Assembly (NCBI GenBank): GCA_043228905.1
Contig: JBHGNT010001217.1
Location: 1-10,889 of the forward strand
Length of the DNA stretch: 10,889 bases
Direction: 5' to 3'
DNA from: Azolla caroliniana
Taxonomy: Eukaryota > Plantae > Polypodiophyta
Part shown: one piece after another, positions 8,679 through 10,889 of the stretch
How the letters are laid out: each line of letters opens with the position of its first letter
How positions within the stretch are numbered: position 1 is the first letter of the stretch
Position numbers and translations under genes: made by a program
Notes under the pieces: model-generated
Told to the model about the DNA's origin: nothing
The model's database searches: none
What the model saw: the letters and a program-made list of their open reading frames with translations, nothing else

Positions 8679-8960
8679 TGTCTAAAGAAGCCCATGAGGA
8701 GTGTGGAAAGAATATCGCTAGTACTGAAGATGAGCCTGCTTGTACTGAGAATGTGCTAGTAGTGTCTAAAGAATCCCATGAGCAGTGTGGAAAGAATATC
8801 GCTAGTACTGAAGAGGAGCTTGATTGTACTGAGAATGTGCTAGTAGTGTCTATAGAAGCCCATGAGGAGCGTGACAAGAATATAGCTAGTATTGAAGAGG
8901 AGCATGATTGTACTGAGAATGTGCTAGTAGTGTCTAAAGAAGCCCATGAGGAGTGTCTAA
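8679..8960 (+). repeat. 84-bp (28-aa) coding tandem repeat, ~3.3 copies
   Basis: TGTCTA(A/T)AGAA at 8679, 8763, 8847 and 8931. Peptide SKEAHEECGKNIASTEDEPACTENVLVV. Confidence 0.93.
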
Positions 8961-9547
8961 AGAAGCCCACAACCCACAAACAATAGTCAAATTGTACTAA
9001 GAACGAGTATACTAGCATCACTGATGATGATAGGGCAATAAAGACCACCCAAGAAGGAGAGCACAGTGGTCTTAAGAATGAGGTGACTATCACCAGCCAA
9101 GAGGAGTTCACCATGACTACTGTTATAGCCCACATACAGGAGCCTAATTGTATTGAGAATGAGCATACTAGCAACAACATTACTAAAACAACCCACATAC
9201 AGGAGATGAGTGATAATTTGACTATCAACAGTACCTTTGTGGATGTGTGTACTAGCATTGCAGTTGCAGAAAACACAGTTTCTCTCTCAAGGTTGCCACT
9301 AGTACAAGGTGCCCATACATCCACACCTGTCTCTAATGCCTCTGATGATGAAGTGCCACTTAGTAAGCTGATACCTAAAGGCTTTAAGATAAAGAAGAAT
9401 GTAAAATCACAAAAAACTGGCACCAATAACAAGCGCATTACAAGATCGGCAAAATTGTGAAATGGTGCCTGATTGTCTTTCGATTGTACTTGAACTATAG
9501 CTGAACTGTTAGTGATGTCTGAACTTGAACTATTTGGTATACCAAAA

Positions 9548-9945
9548 TACTGTCTAAATTGCTAATGTGAAATGTTGTATTGACTCCAGTTCACTCATCT
9601 AGTGTTGTTAACGTAATGTGAAATTCTATATTGCCAATTGCAGAGAATGAGAATGTATTCTATTGTTAATTATCATTCAGCCATGATTGTGTTGAATCAC
9701 ATACAACTGAACTGTTACCAGCATACTGTCTAAATTGCCCCTGTGAAATGTTGTGAAGATCAGATCATTCATCTAGTGTTGTAGTGTAATGTGAAATTCT
9801 ATATTGCTAATTGTGGAGAATGAGAATGTATTCTATTGTCAATTGTCATGCAGCCATGATTGTGTTGATTACAAATAAAATTCTATATTACTAATTGGAG
9901 AGAATGAGAATGCATTCTATTGTCAAGTTGTCATGCAACCATGAA
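9548..9945. repeat. ~176-bp imperfect direct repeats (2 copies plus a partial third)
   Basis: TACTGTCTAAATTGC at 9548 and 9724. AAATTCTATATT...GAGAATGAGAATG.ATTCTATTGT occurs three times. Confidence 0.88.
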
Positions 9946-10429
9946 TGTAGTAGGGAACAATTTGACATTCATGTTAGTACTAAAATAAGATGTATGTATC
10001 CGTCTAACTGAGATACTTCGGGAGACTACTATGTATTAGTGAACACTTACAATTGACATTAGTATTAAACTAATATGTATATTGATACTTGCGAAGTATG
10101 GTCTCCTTGAGTGCACATAGTCAGAGTCGAATAAAGACTTAACACAATAGGGATTAGACTACTTGTATTGATAGTTGAATAAGTTTGGGCCATATTGATG
10201 ATACTAAGTATTGAAAACTTCACACCCTAAACCGTAGAAACAAGCAACTCTATAATTACCATGAACACTTACAAAACAAGCTCAATAAATACTCTAAACA
10301 CTTTAGAAGAAAGACGAAATATATCGATTCATTTGTCAATCATCAAAATTAATGTATCAATACATCAAATAGTGAACTACAAGCGGATGTTTTTCAGTTG
10401 CCAACTACAATGTATTAATAGGGTATCTT

Positions 10430-10889
10430 TCAAGCATTAAACAGAGAGACCTCCCCTAATATGTGTTCATGAACCTCTTGGGGGACCTTGTAGACAATGT
10501 TGTATCCCTTAACCTTGTGCTTTGCTTGAGTCATATTGAACTTGATCACAAGAATGGAAACCTTGTGCTTTGCTTGAGTCATATTGAACTTGATCGCAAT
10601 AATGGCAGCAATGTAGATTATTGCGATGGGTGCATCTTTTAGTAATACATATGTGTTCTTGCACTGCGGCAACTTTGCATAATAGTTTCCATACACGACA
10701 AACTCATCAATGTTGAACATGTTGCCCCAGCCATCCCTCACCACTTCTTTCAATAATGTCTTTCCTTGCTTGCACACCACAATGTAGTAGTCTTCTAAAT
10801 CTTCATTCTGAGCAGATTTGAGCACCGCAAAATGATCTCCAACTTCCAATAAAACTGCCAAGTCTTGCTGTTGGTTGATACCACTGCTT
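10430..10889 (-). CDS. C-terminal part of a probable DNA-transposon transposase (Sola-like, tentative); runs off the window edge
   Basis: Open frame to the window end: LEVGDHFAV...EDYYIVVC...DGWGN.F...VVYGNYY...YVLLKDAP...IKFNM. It resembles, from memory, C-termini of uncharacterised transposase-like proteins of mosses and gymnosperms. No catalytic motif lies in the window. Confidence 0.5.
   Translation of the reverse strand, partial: SSGINQQQDLAVLLEVGDHFAVLKSAQNEDLEDYYIVVCKQGKTLLKEVVRDGWGNMFNIDEFVVYGNYYAKLPQCKNTYVLLKDAPIAIIYIAAIIAIKFNMTQAKHKVSILVIKFNMTQAKHKVKGYNIVYKVPQEVHEHILGEVSLFNA
10511..10606. repeat. In-frame 48-bp tandem duplication
   Basis: AACCTTGTGCTTTGCTTGAGTCATATTGAACTTGATC is identical at 10511-10547 and 10559-10595. 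IKFNMTQAKHKV occurs twice. Confidence 0.95.

Larger units (their letters stand above)
5113..9460 (+). pseudogene. Multi-exon pseudogene: acidic N-terminus, helical domain, coiled coil, RING-H2 finger, long low-complexity tail
   Basis: Phase-compatible GT-AG exons ~5113/5152-6192, 6283-6467, 7664-7882, 7956-8027, 8086-8417, 8482-9460. Nine premature stops and about three frameshifts (~6000, ~8190, ~8650). Confidence 0.75.

Noticed and set aside
8530-9438. Longest ORF (302 aa, minus strand) as a gene
   Set aside because: Antisense shadow of the repeat-rich plus-strand exon; splice-phase evidence supports the plus strand.
9960-10430. Transposon terminal inverted repeat or Helitron end
   Set aside because: Only a short direct repeat (TGAACACTTACAA at ~10040 and ~10262) was seen; no convincing TIR, CACTA end or hairpin-CTRR.

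Overview
AT-rich eukaryotic, repeat-dense DNA. It is most consistent with land-plant heterochromatin, probably a moss (inferred from the element types, not proven). No intact host gene is evident. From left to right: (1) a weak tRNA/SINE-like remnant; (2) a minus-strand, pol-less LTR retroelement (~120-2725) with a tRNA-Trp primer-binding site, decayed gag, acidic repeat-containing extension, PPT and two non-matching LTR remnants; (3) a decayed minus-strand exon and intron (2780-3361), possibly the N-terminal part of a DNA transposase; (4) the 3' end of a minus-strand chromoviral (Tcn1-like) Ty3/Gypsy element (integrase C-terminus, GPF motif, chromodomain, PPT, 351-bp LTR), interrupted by a 475-bp solo LTR with an AGATG target-site duplication and an internal (CT)n; (5) a ~4.3-kb plus-strand, six-coding-exon pseudogene (acidic region, helical domain, coiled coil, RING-H2, low-complexity tail with 84-bp repeats) whose long intron is a TAGTACTA-palindrome minisatellite; (6) ~176-bp direct repeats; (7) the convergent C-terminus of a probable DNA transposase with an in-frame 48-bp duplication. 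The most interesting possibility is a large DNA transposon (Sola-like, tentative) carrying a spliced RING-H2 cargo gene. All family names come from motif recognition and memory, not from database searches.
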